A stretch of 64,000 bases of DNA, from positions 16,864,001 to 16,928,000 of the forward strand of contig CM075986.1 of NCBI GenBank assembly GCA_038087875.1, read 5' to 3'. The notes under the pieces are model-generated. The model ran no database searches. It saw nothing but the letters and a program-made list of their open reading frames with translations, and had not been told where the DNA came from. The translations under genes and the position numbers were made by a program. The DNA comes from Malacoraja senta (Eukaryota). Below, piece by piece: positions 41,096 to 51,205 of this stretch; the first letter of the stretch is position 1; every line of letters begins with the position of its first letter.

Positions 41096-43190
41096 GTGAG
41101 GGTTACCAGTATGACACAGGTTAGTATTGGTGAATGATTGCAGTATTATCAAAGCTTTCAGTGCAAATGTGTTGGGTTCCAGGCCAGCCCATATATGTTC
41201 TGAATCCAGTCATGAGTATACAAAATTAAACTTTAAAAAAAAAATTAACAGCAAAATCCTGCACGACAACATTGATTGTAGATCACTGTGTCCAAAGAGC
41301 CATCTGTCCAGGATTAACTTTGGCCATCTTAGTATAGACGTAGCAATGATAGACCTGAATGTCTCTCCAGAATCATATGCATCAGTAGATGAGCTGATGA
41401 CTTCATACTCTACTGTGGCTTAATATGGTGACTCTTCTCAAACGATCTTGGGTCGTCTATGTAAGGTAAAATTATTCAGTACGAGATGAGTTTAGTTGGG
41501 TGAAAGAGTTGGGTGTCTGTCTGAGAGGGAAGTGGTGGTCCTGATGTGGGATGGGAAGTGTAGAAGGATTTTGGATCCACAGTAGAAAAAAATAAGCCTG
41601 TTGAGCCCAGGGAATTGCAATGTGTTGAAATAGCAGAGGGCATCTAAAGTGTCCAATGTGAATGAAGGGATGAAGTCAAGGTGGAAGAAATTACTTGTGT
41701 GGCAAGAATGGTCTCCTTTCTTGTGGGAGGAATAGAATACAAAAGATAAGTTATGTTTCAGTAATGAGGCATTGAGACCACATCTGAAGTACTGCGTATC
41801 GTGGTCTTATTTAAAGGCAGATGTTTATGTGTTTGAATCAATTAGGAGAGCGCTTGGTGGACCTATATCTTAAATGGCTGGCTTATCTTATGAAGGATGG
41901 CCGGAGAGGGTAACCTTGTATCCTCTGTAGTTCAGAAGAGTGACAAGGGGCTTGATGTGGATTTGGAGAGGATGTTTCCTTTTATAACAGTGTGCTGTGT
42001 TAAACAATATGCCAAATTAAACAAATCCCTTCTGCCTACATTTTCACCACAAAAAAAACATTCTTGCATATATACATCTCCTTTATCCCATTTAAACTTT
42101 CTCTCTCTCACCTCAAAATTATGCACTCCTAGTATTTGACATTTCCTGCCCGCGACAAAGATTCTGACTGTCTACGCTGTCTATGCCTCCTACAATTTTT
42201 ACAAACTCCTATCATGTCTCACTGTCCTATAATTCCCAGGATTACATCTACTTCCCTTCTTAAACAAAGGAACTACGATCCTCTGGGATCTCGTCTACAT
42301 TTAGAGAGGATACAAATATCTTCTTTAAGGCTTCAGTAATCTCCCTACTTGTTTTGCACAATATCCTGTAATAGACCCTCAGGCCCTGCGGTGCTATCCA
42401 TGCTTATGCTCTTCACCTACTTCATCTTAAAATGCCCCAGCACATTAGTACATCCCGCAATAATCTCACTATTTTCCATGTCCTTCTCCTTGGTGAGTAA
42501 TGCAAAGTATTGGTATAGCACCTCGCCTAAATTCTCTAAACTTCAAACATAAATTTCCTCCTTTATCCAAGAGTCACCCTCTTGATTTTAATGGATGTAT
42601 AAAATGTCTTGGAATTCGCTTTAATCCAACTTGCCAATACCAATTCTGCCCCCCCCCCCCCCCCCCCCAATATGCTGCTCTAGTTCTTTGGTGCTTTCTT
42701 TCTATTCTTTAGTGGGCCTGTCTAATTTCACCTTCATGTGCTTCCTTTTTATTTTTGGCTAAACTTGCAATAGCAACACTGATCTCATAGATGGCAGAGT
42801 AGGTGTGAACAAACAACTGGCTAACTCTTTCCTGCTAATTAGTTTTAAGTTTAGTGACACAGCATGGAAACAGGCCCTTTGGCCCACCAAGTCCATGCTG
42901 ACCATTGGTCTCCCTTTCACACCAGTTCTGTGTCATCCAACTTTCAAATCCACTCCCTACACACTAGGGGCAATTTATAGGGGCCAATTAACCTACAACC
43001 CCACGTAAATTTGGGATGTGGGAGGAAACCGGAGCACCCAGAGGAAGCCTGTGCAGTCACAGGAAAAATGTGCAAACTCCTCAAGGACGGTATCCAAGGT
43101 CCAGGTCGAACCCAGCTGCATCACTGCTGTATGTGTGTATAAAAGATTGCAGACTTTCTAGTTAACTTCCTAAAAATCTTGTTTTTACAG

Positions 43191-43282
43191 CTGGAACAGA
43201 TGAGTCCCAGGAAAGCAGCATGACCGATGCTGATGACACCCAGTTACATGCAGCAGAGAGCGATGAGAGCTTCAACTTGTAA
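43191..43282 (+). CDS. CDC27: CDC27 last coding exon
   Basis: tttacag| then GTDESQESSMTDADDTQLHAAESDESFNL-stop (TAA at 43280-43282). Confidence 0.96.
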
Positions 43283-44203
43283 ATGCCATCCCAGCCAAAA
43301 CATGGTTCCAGAGCAAGAGCTGCTACTCCCAGGCCTTTCCCACTCTTTGTCTCATTATGTCTGTCCTTCTGCTTTGAGCATTTTGTCTGATGCAATTTGC
43401 CAACGTTATAAACGTAGGCTGAAGAGACCTATCACTGGGTCACGATGAAACCTGTCACCAACAACTTTTATTTTCCAGCCTCAATGATATTTGTGTTGAA
43501 CAGGGGGCTTTGTTTTTAAATATACTTGTTATAAATGATCTGAATGTGGACCTGCATAACTCCCCTTTCCCTCTGCTACTTCTGCTCATGCAAAATTTGA
43601 CCTTCACGAAAGATCCAATTATGCTGCTGTTATCAACATCTTAAAAAGGGTAAGGGGGGGGGGGGGTTGGAAATCTAGTGGCTGGTGTTACCTCAGTGAT
43701 TAACCAGCAGAAGGTACAGGCGGTCAAATTGGCAGCCATTTTCAAGCAGCACTTTGTTCGTCGTGGCTAAAGTACAGCCTTTGGCCATTTAGTTGCTGTG
43801 AATGGAGGTATTCTCTCATCTCGCCCATCTCCTGTCTTTTATTTCACCATAGAGTGCAGTGCGGCCTTTTCTGTAAAATGCACGCGCTGATTGCGTACAA
43901 TGATGGCACCATGCTGGTCTTTCTGCTCCCAGGATCCTGCTGTCACTTTGTGCAACCAGCAGAAGTGTTGATGAATGGAAAATGCAACGTGTGTCTGTAT
44001 GTGTGGATGTGTATGCGCATGGGTGTGTGAAATCTGGTCTGTTTTTTTAAATTTCATTTCTCATTTAAAACTGTAATTTGGTGTCTTAAGTGGATTTTTT
44101 TCTGTTGCTTATCCCTTTTAAGTTCAGATATTTGTACAGTCTTAGAAAAAGTCTTTTTGTTAATATATTTGCAACTCAGTTTAATGATGTGAAAAAAATC
44201 CAA

Positions 44204-44209
44204 AATAAA
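44204..44209 (+). promoter_or_regulatory. Probable CDC27 polyadenylation signal
   Basis: AATAAA about 920 nt after the stop, ending a repeat-free, U-rich 3' UTR-like stretch. Confidence 0.6.
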
Positions 44210-45795
44210 ATACTTTGAAAACCTTTTAACAGCTGGATGTTGATGATGGCTGTCCCCTCTTCAATAATTGGGAATCATAGAATTATTCCAGCAGAGGCCA
44301 ATCGAATCGACCATTATGCTGGTGACCTCCAACATGTTAGTGTGACGAATGTGAATGAGTGACAAAGACTGCATCTCTGCAAGCATAAATTCAACACGAG
44401 TCAAATGTTTGAAGTGTAAATGTTGCACATATTTGTGGTCCTTACACATTTTACAAAGGATCCATATAACACGTTGATTTATTTTTGATCCTCTATATCA
44501 GCCCTTTTATCTCAGTTTTGCATTACAATTGCATTTATGTTTGATGTAAAGCCGTTATCAATGTCTGCTCATGCGCGGGGTAACGTGAAGTTCCTGTGCA
44601 TTCTATTCATTTTTGCATCCTGATTCTAAAACACAGATTGTACAATCCTCAGACTCCTGGTTTTTAATCTGTGCAATGACCCTCATATTTGTCATCTCAG
44701 ACTGATATGCCAAGACAGCAGAAAGCAAGCCAGCCTTCGTCAGTTATCAGTTGTGTTCTGCTGCCCTGGTCCAAGCATAAGTGTTGGTTGTCAGACTGTC
44801 TTTCTTTCCTTCTGCTCTTTACAAAGATGGTAATCTGACCACCTGCCCTAGGTGGTGGATTTCAGCATTTTTTGGGGGGACCATGCTATAAAAGTCAGTC
44901 TCATTTACTTGATGCTCCTGTTCGTTACCTTGGGATATATTCACGGTGCTGGATAAATACAAGCTATGTTCCAAGCAGACAGCAGATGGCATCGTAAATC
45001 CAGTATTTTGCTGGAACATATTTTCCTTGCACAAGAAAATATTTATGGCAGAAGCTAGGGTTCTGTTCTGAGTTAAAGAATGAAATCTGAAGGCTGGGTG
45101 ACCATGGTATAAGAGTAATATGCCATCTCTCCAAGGCCCAAGCAAAGTCTGCCACCATATATGAACTTGCACACTTGAAAAGTGAATCAGGAGCTATCTT
45201 TGGCAAATAAGATTAAGGCAAATATAAAGAGATTTCATAATTATATTAAGGGAAACAAGGTAACTAGAGAAAATAGGCCCCTCGGACACTAAAGTAGTCA
45301 GAAGTACATAGAATTACCAGCGGGTAGATAGTCAGAACATTTTTCCCAGGGTGGAAATGTCAAAGACGAGGCAGCATTTCCCAGGTGAGGGATAACGTTT
45401 AAAGATGTGCAAGGCAAGGGCTTTTTACCGTGCTAGGTGCCTGGAATATGTTGCCAGAGGTGGTGGTTGATGGAGGCAGATACAACAGTGGCATTTGAGA
45501 GGCTTGTAGATAGACACGGGAATATGCAGGTAATTGAGTAATATGGATCATGTGCAGGCAGAGGATATTAGTTTATTGTGGCATCATGGTTGGCATGGAC
45601 ATTATGGACGCAAGGGCCTGTTTCTGTGTTGTCTGTAGTATGTGCACGTCACCATCCATCCTATACCTGCAGTGCTAAACTTTACTAAAGAATTGTACAC
45701 TTCTGCCCCTTTGAATTTGTCTTCCAATTCTTTGGTACAAATAGCAACACTTTTATGGGCGACAAGGAATTCAAAAGCTCTCGGCAGGAACACGT

Positions 45796-45801
45796 TTTAT
45801 T
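45796..45801 (-). promoter_or_regulatory. NDUFA3 polyadenylation signal
   Basis: AATAAA on - about 70 nt after the stop. Confidence 0.7.
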
Positions 45802-45870
45802 TTTTTGCCTTGTTTCTTAATTTCACACATCTAGGTTCAAGACCCACCACAAACTAATTCCATGTGCTTG

Positions 45871-45962
45871 TCAAAGCCTCTTCATCCATTCAAGAGATGG
45901 TCCAATTTTCTCACAAGGGTGGGATGGAATATCAGGCATATTGTCATCATCCCGTAAAGGAA
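45871..45962 (-). CDS. NDUFA3: NDUFA3 exon 4 (last)
   Basis: taacag| then [30 protein letters not shown]-stop (human [30 protein letters not shown]); total CDS 261 nt. Confidence 0.95.
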
Positions 45963-46079
45963 CTGTTAAGAAACAAGCAACAAAGTAATAACTGAGAGGA
46001 GAGAAATAATCAACATATTAGCTCAATGAGTATGTTAGAAAAGGCTGCCAAGTACACCATTGTTCTAATGAAGGACATG

Positions 46080-47900
46080 GAATGTAGCAGTGTTACAATG
46101 GATTTAGAAAAGTTCAAAGCAATCAGTCACCGAATATCAGCAAAGGGGAAATTATGTTTGACCAATTCAATTGAGTTTTTTGAAGAAACGTGCTATGAAT
46201 AAACAGGTACCAGCAGATGTAATATGCAGCTATGCAATATATTGATTTAACCATACTTGGGAATATTATGTCCTGTTCTGGTTGTCATACGGCAGGAATA
46301 ATGCGATTAACCGCAAAGGGTCGTAGAGGGCTTGAGTTATGAGAGATTAGACTAGGCTGGGAGCAACGGTGGCTGAAGGGTGCCCTTATCAAGGCACGTA
46401 AAATTATGAAAGATTTAGATAGGAGAGATAGTCACAATCCTTTTCCAAGGGTTGGAGAGTTTGAAACTTTACAGCACGGATTTACGTTGAGCGGGGAAAG
46501 ACTAAAAGGGGAGATCATAGAAACATAGAAAATAGGTGCAGGAGTAGACCATTCGGCCCTTCGAGCCTGCACCGCCATTCAATATGATCATGGCTGATCA
46601 TCCAACTCAGTATCCTGTACCTGCCTTCTCTCCATACCCCCTGATCCCTTTAGCCACAAGGGCCACATCTAACTCCCTCTTAAATATAGCCAATGAACTG
46701 GCCTCAACTACCTTCTGTGGCAGAGAATTCCAGAGATTCACCACTTTGTGTGAAAAATGTTTTTCTCATCTCGGTCCTAAAAGATTTCCCCCTTATCCTT
46801 CAACAGCGACCCCTTGTCCTGGACTTCCCCAACATCGGGAACAATCTTCCTGCATCTAGCCTGTCCTACCCCTTAAGAATTTTGTAAGTTTCTATAAGAT
46901 CCCCCCTGCAATCTTCTAAATTCTAGCGAGTACAAGCTGAGTGGCAAATGTTTCCATACGGTGGTGGGTATATGGAATGAGCTGCCAGAGTAAATGGTAA
47001 AAGTTTAAAAGACATTTGGACAGGGATATGGACAGGAAATGTATAGAGGAACATGGGCCAAATGCAGGCAATGGAGGTTATCTATAGATGGGGCATCTTA
47101 GATGGCATGGTCAAGTTTGGCCGAAGGGCCTGTTGCCTTACAACTAATGTTCTCTGGATTCCCTGTGGCATTTGATCAGGGTCCACGTAAAAACTTATTG
47201 TAGAAAATAAAAACAAGGTGTAAGAGATCAGTAATAAAGGACTGTCAAGCTGACAGGAAACATTAAGAATTGACCCTTCTATATTTGGCACCAGTTAGTG
47301 GGTGATATGCCATAGGGATTGGTGCTGGGGCCTCAACCTCCCACGACTTCTATAAATAAATTTGATGAATGTGGTGGCTCAATTAGCTGCTTACACATAG
47401 ATCGAGAGCAAAATAAGCTGTGAAGTGGATGTAAGCAGCTGACAAAGGGATAGATATAGTTCAAATGAATGGACAAAGACCTGGCAAGTGAAGAACTATA
47501 TCTAAATGGTGAGAGTTTGCAGAACTCTGCAATGCAAATGGTACTTTAGAGATTAGAGATTAGAGATTCCTTTATTTGTCATTCAGACCTTTCGGTCTGA
47601 ACGAAATTCACTGGTGGTCCCAGTGAATAATTCACAAAAGACTAGTATGCAGGTGCATAAAAAGTTAACTGAATGTTATTGTTTACGGGGAAGGGAAATT
47701 AAAAACTAGGAGATCATGCTTAACTATGCAAGGAATTAGTGAAATTACATTTGGAGCATTATGTAGTCTTGGTCTCTTATTAAAAGGACATAAATTAGGT
47801 CATATGGTTCATGAAAGCTTACAGGACCAACATCTGGAACAATCTAAGATGAGGCAAATGATCTTGAACAGCAAAGGGGTGAGAGGTTCTCTGTTGATAG
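46080..47900. mobile_element. CR1 cluster in NDUFA3 intron 3, with a young inverted CR1 tail at about 46516-46940
   Basis: catagaaacatagaaaataggtgcaggag tail; decayed RT motifs. Confidence 0.7.
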
Positions 47901-48296
47901 ATGGAAATGCAGAGATCAGGTTACAGTCAGATTTGACGAAATAGTATATCTGAGAAACCACATCACTTTTTAGTTCATGTTCTAGGAGCAGAATTAGGCT
48001 ATTTGCTCCACCATACAATCATGGCTGATCTATCCTTCTCTCAACCCCATTCGCCTACCTTCTAATAACTCCTGACACCCATACTAATGAAGAATCTGTC
48101 AATCTCTGCCTCAAATATACCCAATGATTTGGCCTCCATAGCCATCAGTGGCAATGAATTCAACAGATTCACCACCCTCTGACTAAAGAAGCTTCACAAG
48201 GAGCCCTCTGTGATGGGTACAGTGTGGATGTACAAGATGTCACTGTGAGGGATGTGGGATACATCCCACAGATATAATCGATTGAAATTGACTCAC

Positions 48297-48374
48297 CTGG
48301 ATACTGTAGGGGTACAGCACGATTCATCTTTGTTTGGTAATGGGCAACGGGGCTCACCCATGGCAACATAAGAG
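48297..48374 (-). CDS. NDUFA3: NDUFA3 exon 3
   Basis: tttcag| ... g|gtgagt, 78 bp; ALMLPWVSPVAHYQTKMNRAVPLQYP (human [26 protein letters not shown]). Confidence 0.93.
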
Positions 48375-48776
48375 CTGAAACCAGAGCACATGGAGGTCAA
48401 ATCATTTTCCTCTCTCCCTCCTTCCCCTATCCTCCACACCAACTTCCCGTTTCCAAATGGTTTGGTCTGCCCGTCACCCCCAAACCACCTTCCTCCACAT
48501 CTTTCACCCCATGATCTTGCTCTTCTTTCTGACCCTTTTTATCTTCGTGTAGCCTCCCTTCCCTCCACCCTGTCCCCAGACTCCCTGCTCTCCTGCCCAC
48601 TCCCTCCCTCAACCCTCCTTTCCTCTACTCACTCCCTTACCCTGGCCCCTACCTCTTATCCTCCACCTGTTTCTCCCCAGCCCCTCTTCACCGCACCCTA
48701 ACCCCCACCCAACCGTGGCTCCTCTCTCCCTCCCTCCCTCCTCTATGTACCCCCACCTGACCTATCGTACACTCAC

Positions 48777-48851
48777 CGGCGATGCCGATGGCGAACGATG
48801 TCACGATCACCGGCTCCTTCGCCCAGGCGTTCTTCAGAAACGCCGCGATGT
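48777..48851 (-). CDS. NDUFA3: NDUFA3 exon 2
   Basis: ctcag| ... g|gtgagt, 75 bp; IAAFLKNAWAKEPVIVTSFAIGIA (human VGAFLKNAWDKEPVLVVSF). Confidence 0.95.
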
Positions 48852-49108
48852 CTGAGTGTTGGGGACGGAAACCATCAGACGGACCACAAACCGACCCACT
48901 CCATCCCCTCCCCTCCCCTCAAGACCAGAGCCCCCCCTCCCCTCCCCTCCAGCGCCAACCCCCGGAGCTGCGGTCCCCGAAGAAACCTCCTGCTCACATC
49001 GCAAAGACGCCGTCCCCACAGCCGACCTCAGGGCAATCTCCCCGCCGCCCTGTCACCGGGACCTCGGGCTGACCTCCCCGCCGCCCTCTCTCTCTCTCTC
49101 ACACTCAC

Positions 49109-49124
49109 TCCGCAGCGCCGCCAT
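49109..49124 (-). CDS. NDUFA3: NDUFA3 exon 1 (coding part)
   Basis: ggaagATGGCGGCGCTGCGGA|gtgagt = MAALR, phase 1, inside a CpG island. Confidence 0.88.
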
Positions 49125-49138
49125 CTTCCTGGACCGTG

Positions 49139-49591
49139 GTCCCGCCCCCAAGACGTCACCGCGTCACCCCGCTCCGAGCTTGTCCCGCCCCCAAGACGTC
49201 ACCGCGTCACCCCGCTCCGAGCTTGTCCCGCCCCCAAGACGTCATCGCGTCACCCCGCTCCGAGCTTGTCCCGCCCCCAAGACGTCACCGCGTCACCCCG
49301 CTCCGAGCTTGTCCCGTCCCCAGACGTCACCGCGTCACCCCGCTCCGAGCTTGTCCCGCCCCCAAGACGTCACCGCGTCACCCCGCTCCGAGCTTGTCCC
49401 GCCCCCAAGACGTCATCGCGTCACCCCGCTCCGAGCTTGTCCCGCCCCCAAGACGTCACCGCGTCACCCCGCTCCGAGCTTGTCCCGCCCCCAAGACGTC
49501 ATCGCGTCACCCCGCTCCGAGCTTGTCCCGCCCCCAAGACGTCACCGCGTCACCCCGCTCCGAGCTTGTCCCGTCCCCAGACGTCACCGCG
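49139..49591. repeat. 43-bp minisatellite, about 10.5 copies
   Basis: Unit gtcccgcccccaagacgtcaYcgcgtcaccccgctccgagctt; gacgtca at 49152, 49195, 49238, 49281, 49323, 49366, 49409, 49452, 49495, 49538, 49580. Confidence 0.97.
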
Positions 49592-49621
49592 CCGCGCCTC
49601 CACCGGAGGTCACCGCGCTTT

Positions 49622-49658
49622 CCCCGCCCCCGCCCCCGCCCCCGCCCCCGCCCCCGCC
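49622..49658. repeat. (CCCCCG)n microsatellite, about 6 copies
   Basis: Read directly; GGGGGC repeats on the - strand. Confidence 0.95.
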
Positions 49659-49680
49659 GTGCCCGACAGAGACACCAAGT

Positions 49681-50507
49681 GTTAAAGAAGGAACTGCAGA
49701 TGCTGGAAAATCGAAGGTAGACAAAAATGCTGGAGAAACTCAGCGGGTGCAGCAGCATCTATGGAGCGAAGGAAATAGGCAACGTTTCGGGCCGAAACCC
49801 TTCTTCAGACTGATAGGGGGTGGGGAGAAGAAAGGAAAAAAGGCAGAGGAGGAGCCCGAGGGCTGGGGGAGGGGAGGAGACAACCAGATGGCTGATGAAG
49901 GGGAGGGGACAGCAAGGGCTAGCAGAATTGGGAGAATTCAATGTTCAAGCCCCCAGGATGTAGACTGCCCAAGCGGAATATGAGGTGCATTTCCTCCAAT
50001 TTCCGGTGTTGCTCGCTGTGGCCATGGAGGAGACCCAGGACAGAGAGGTCAGATACGGAATGGGAGGGGGAGTTGAAGTGCTGAGGTCAGATTGGTTATT
50101 GCGGACCGAGCGGAGGTGTTCGACGAAACGATCGCCAAGCCTCCGCTTGGTTTCACCGATGTAGATCAGCTGACATCTAGAGCAGCGGATGCAATAGATG
50201 AGGTTGGAGGAGATGCAGGTGAACCTCTGTCGCACCTGGAACGACTGCTTGGGTCCTTGAATGGAATCGAGGGGGGAGGTGAAGGGACAAGTGTTGCATC
50301 TCTTGCGGTTGCAAGGGAAAGTACCCGGGGAGGGGGTGGTACGGGAGGGAAGGGAAGAATTGACAAGGGAGTTACGGAGGGAGCGGTCTTTGCGGAAGGC
50401 AGACATGGGGGGAGATGGGAAGATGTGGCGAGTGGTGGGGTCACGTTGGAGGTGGCGAAACTGACGGAGGATCACTTGTTGTATGTGACGGCTGGTGGGA
50501 TGAAAGG
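49681..50507 (-). mobile_element. 5'-truncated Penelope-like element (GIY-YIG endonuclease end plus terminal repeat)
   Basis: ORF contains FPCNRKRCNTC and CISSNLIYCIRCSRCQLIYIGETKRRLGDRFVEH (GIY-YIG); flanked by 13-bp direct repeat agagacaccaagt at 49668-49680 and 50508-50520. Confidence 0.9.
49781..49808 (-). ncRNA. Minimal hammerhead-ribozyme-like core in the Penelope terminal repeat
   Basis: CUGAAGA-A-GGGU(UUCG)GCCC-GAAAC-GUU; stem I is only about 2 bp. Confidence 0.6.
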
Positions 50508-50528
50508 AGAGACACCAAGTTGCTGGAG

Positions 50529-51205
50529 CAAAGATACTAGAGCAGGGGGTGGGGAACCTTTTCATGTTGTAATGCCGCATTGTTAGCTGCAATCTAATAA
50601 GGCCGCATCCAAAAAACTTCAATTAGATATACTTCAAAATGTACATTATTTTGTAAAAATCTAACTACTATGTACTAACTTCAAGAAAATGAAAAAAAAT
50701 TGTTAATTCTAAAATTAATTAACCTTTTAGTGACTTTGTTGTGACTGCCTTTTGTGGGAAAACATTTGAATATTTGGTTGCAACATGGAAGTACGCAGTT
50801 TCAGCTGATCTTCTAGATGGGTATCCCTCATTTGTGACCTTAAGGGCGTCTTGGGTTAGGTAGGAGAATGTCATGTCAAAGTTAACATACATTCTAGAGT
50901 CGCATTAGAACTAAATCATGAGCATAACAGGTGTTAAAATAGCCCTCATGACTTACTAATGTTTTAATTGTGGCCGTCAGTCGGGGAGGATTATTTCGTT
51001 GAATCGTATTTTACTCTTTGGTATTTTAAATATGTTCATTTTAAGATTAAAATAAAAATAATAAAAGACGAACAAAAACATATTAATAAAAATAAAAGGA
51101 TTTGTTCTACAAAATTTGGATTCATTCAAAAGTCCGCACTTAATGGCCTAGGCCGCAGGTTCCCCACCTCTGTACTAGAGGATACTAGCTCCTCTAGTAT
51201 ATTTG
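50529..51205. mobile_element. 39-bp palindromic mini-element split by the hAT insertion
   Basis: Rejoined sequence caaagatactagagga-tactagc-tcctctagtatatttg; flanked by tgctggag at 50521-50528 and 51206-51213. Confidence 0.75.
50543..51172. mobile_element. Non-autonomous hAT (Charlie-like) DNA transposon, 630 bp
   Basis: TIRs cagggggtggggaacct / aggttccccacctctg; 8-bp TSD tactagag at 50535-50542 and 51173-51180. Confidence 0.9.

Larger units (their letters stand above)
48770..49670 (-). promoter_or_regulatory. CpG island / NDUFA3 promoter with YY1-type motif (49117-49127) over the start codon
   Basis: Very GC- and CpG-rich relative to the flanks; AAGATGGCGGC at the ATG; many GGGCGG boxes and TGACGTC motifs. 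Confidence 0.8.

Noticed and set aside
44838-44858. CTCF-like motif between the convergent genes
   Set aside because: Spacing is one base short of the core consensus; not supportable by eye
49139-49591. CRISPR-like regular repeat array
   Set aside because: Units are contiguous and near-identical, with no unique spacers and no cas genes, in a vertebrate context; it is a minisatellite
48798-49983. Long Pro/Arg-rich ORFs (295, 375 and 194 aa) on +
   Set aside because: They result from the stop-free GC-rich repeat read in rotating frames, antisense to NDUFA3
50092-50586. 164-aa ORF on +
   Set aside because: Antisense frame of the Penelope endonuclease region
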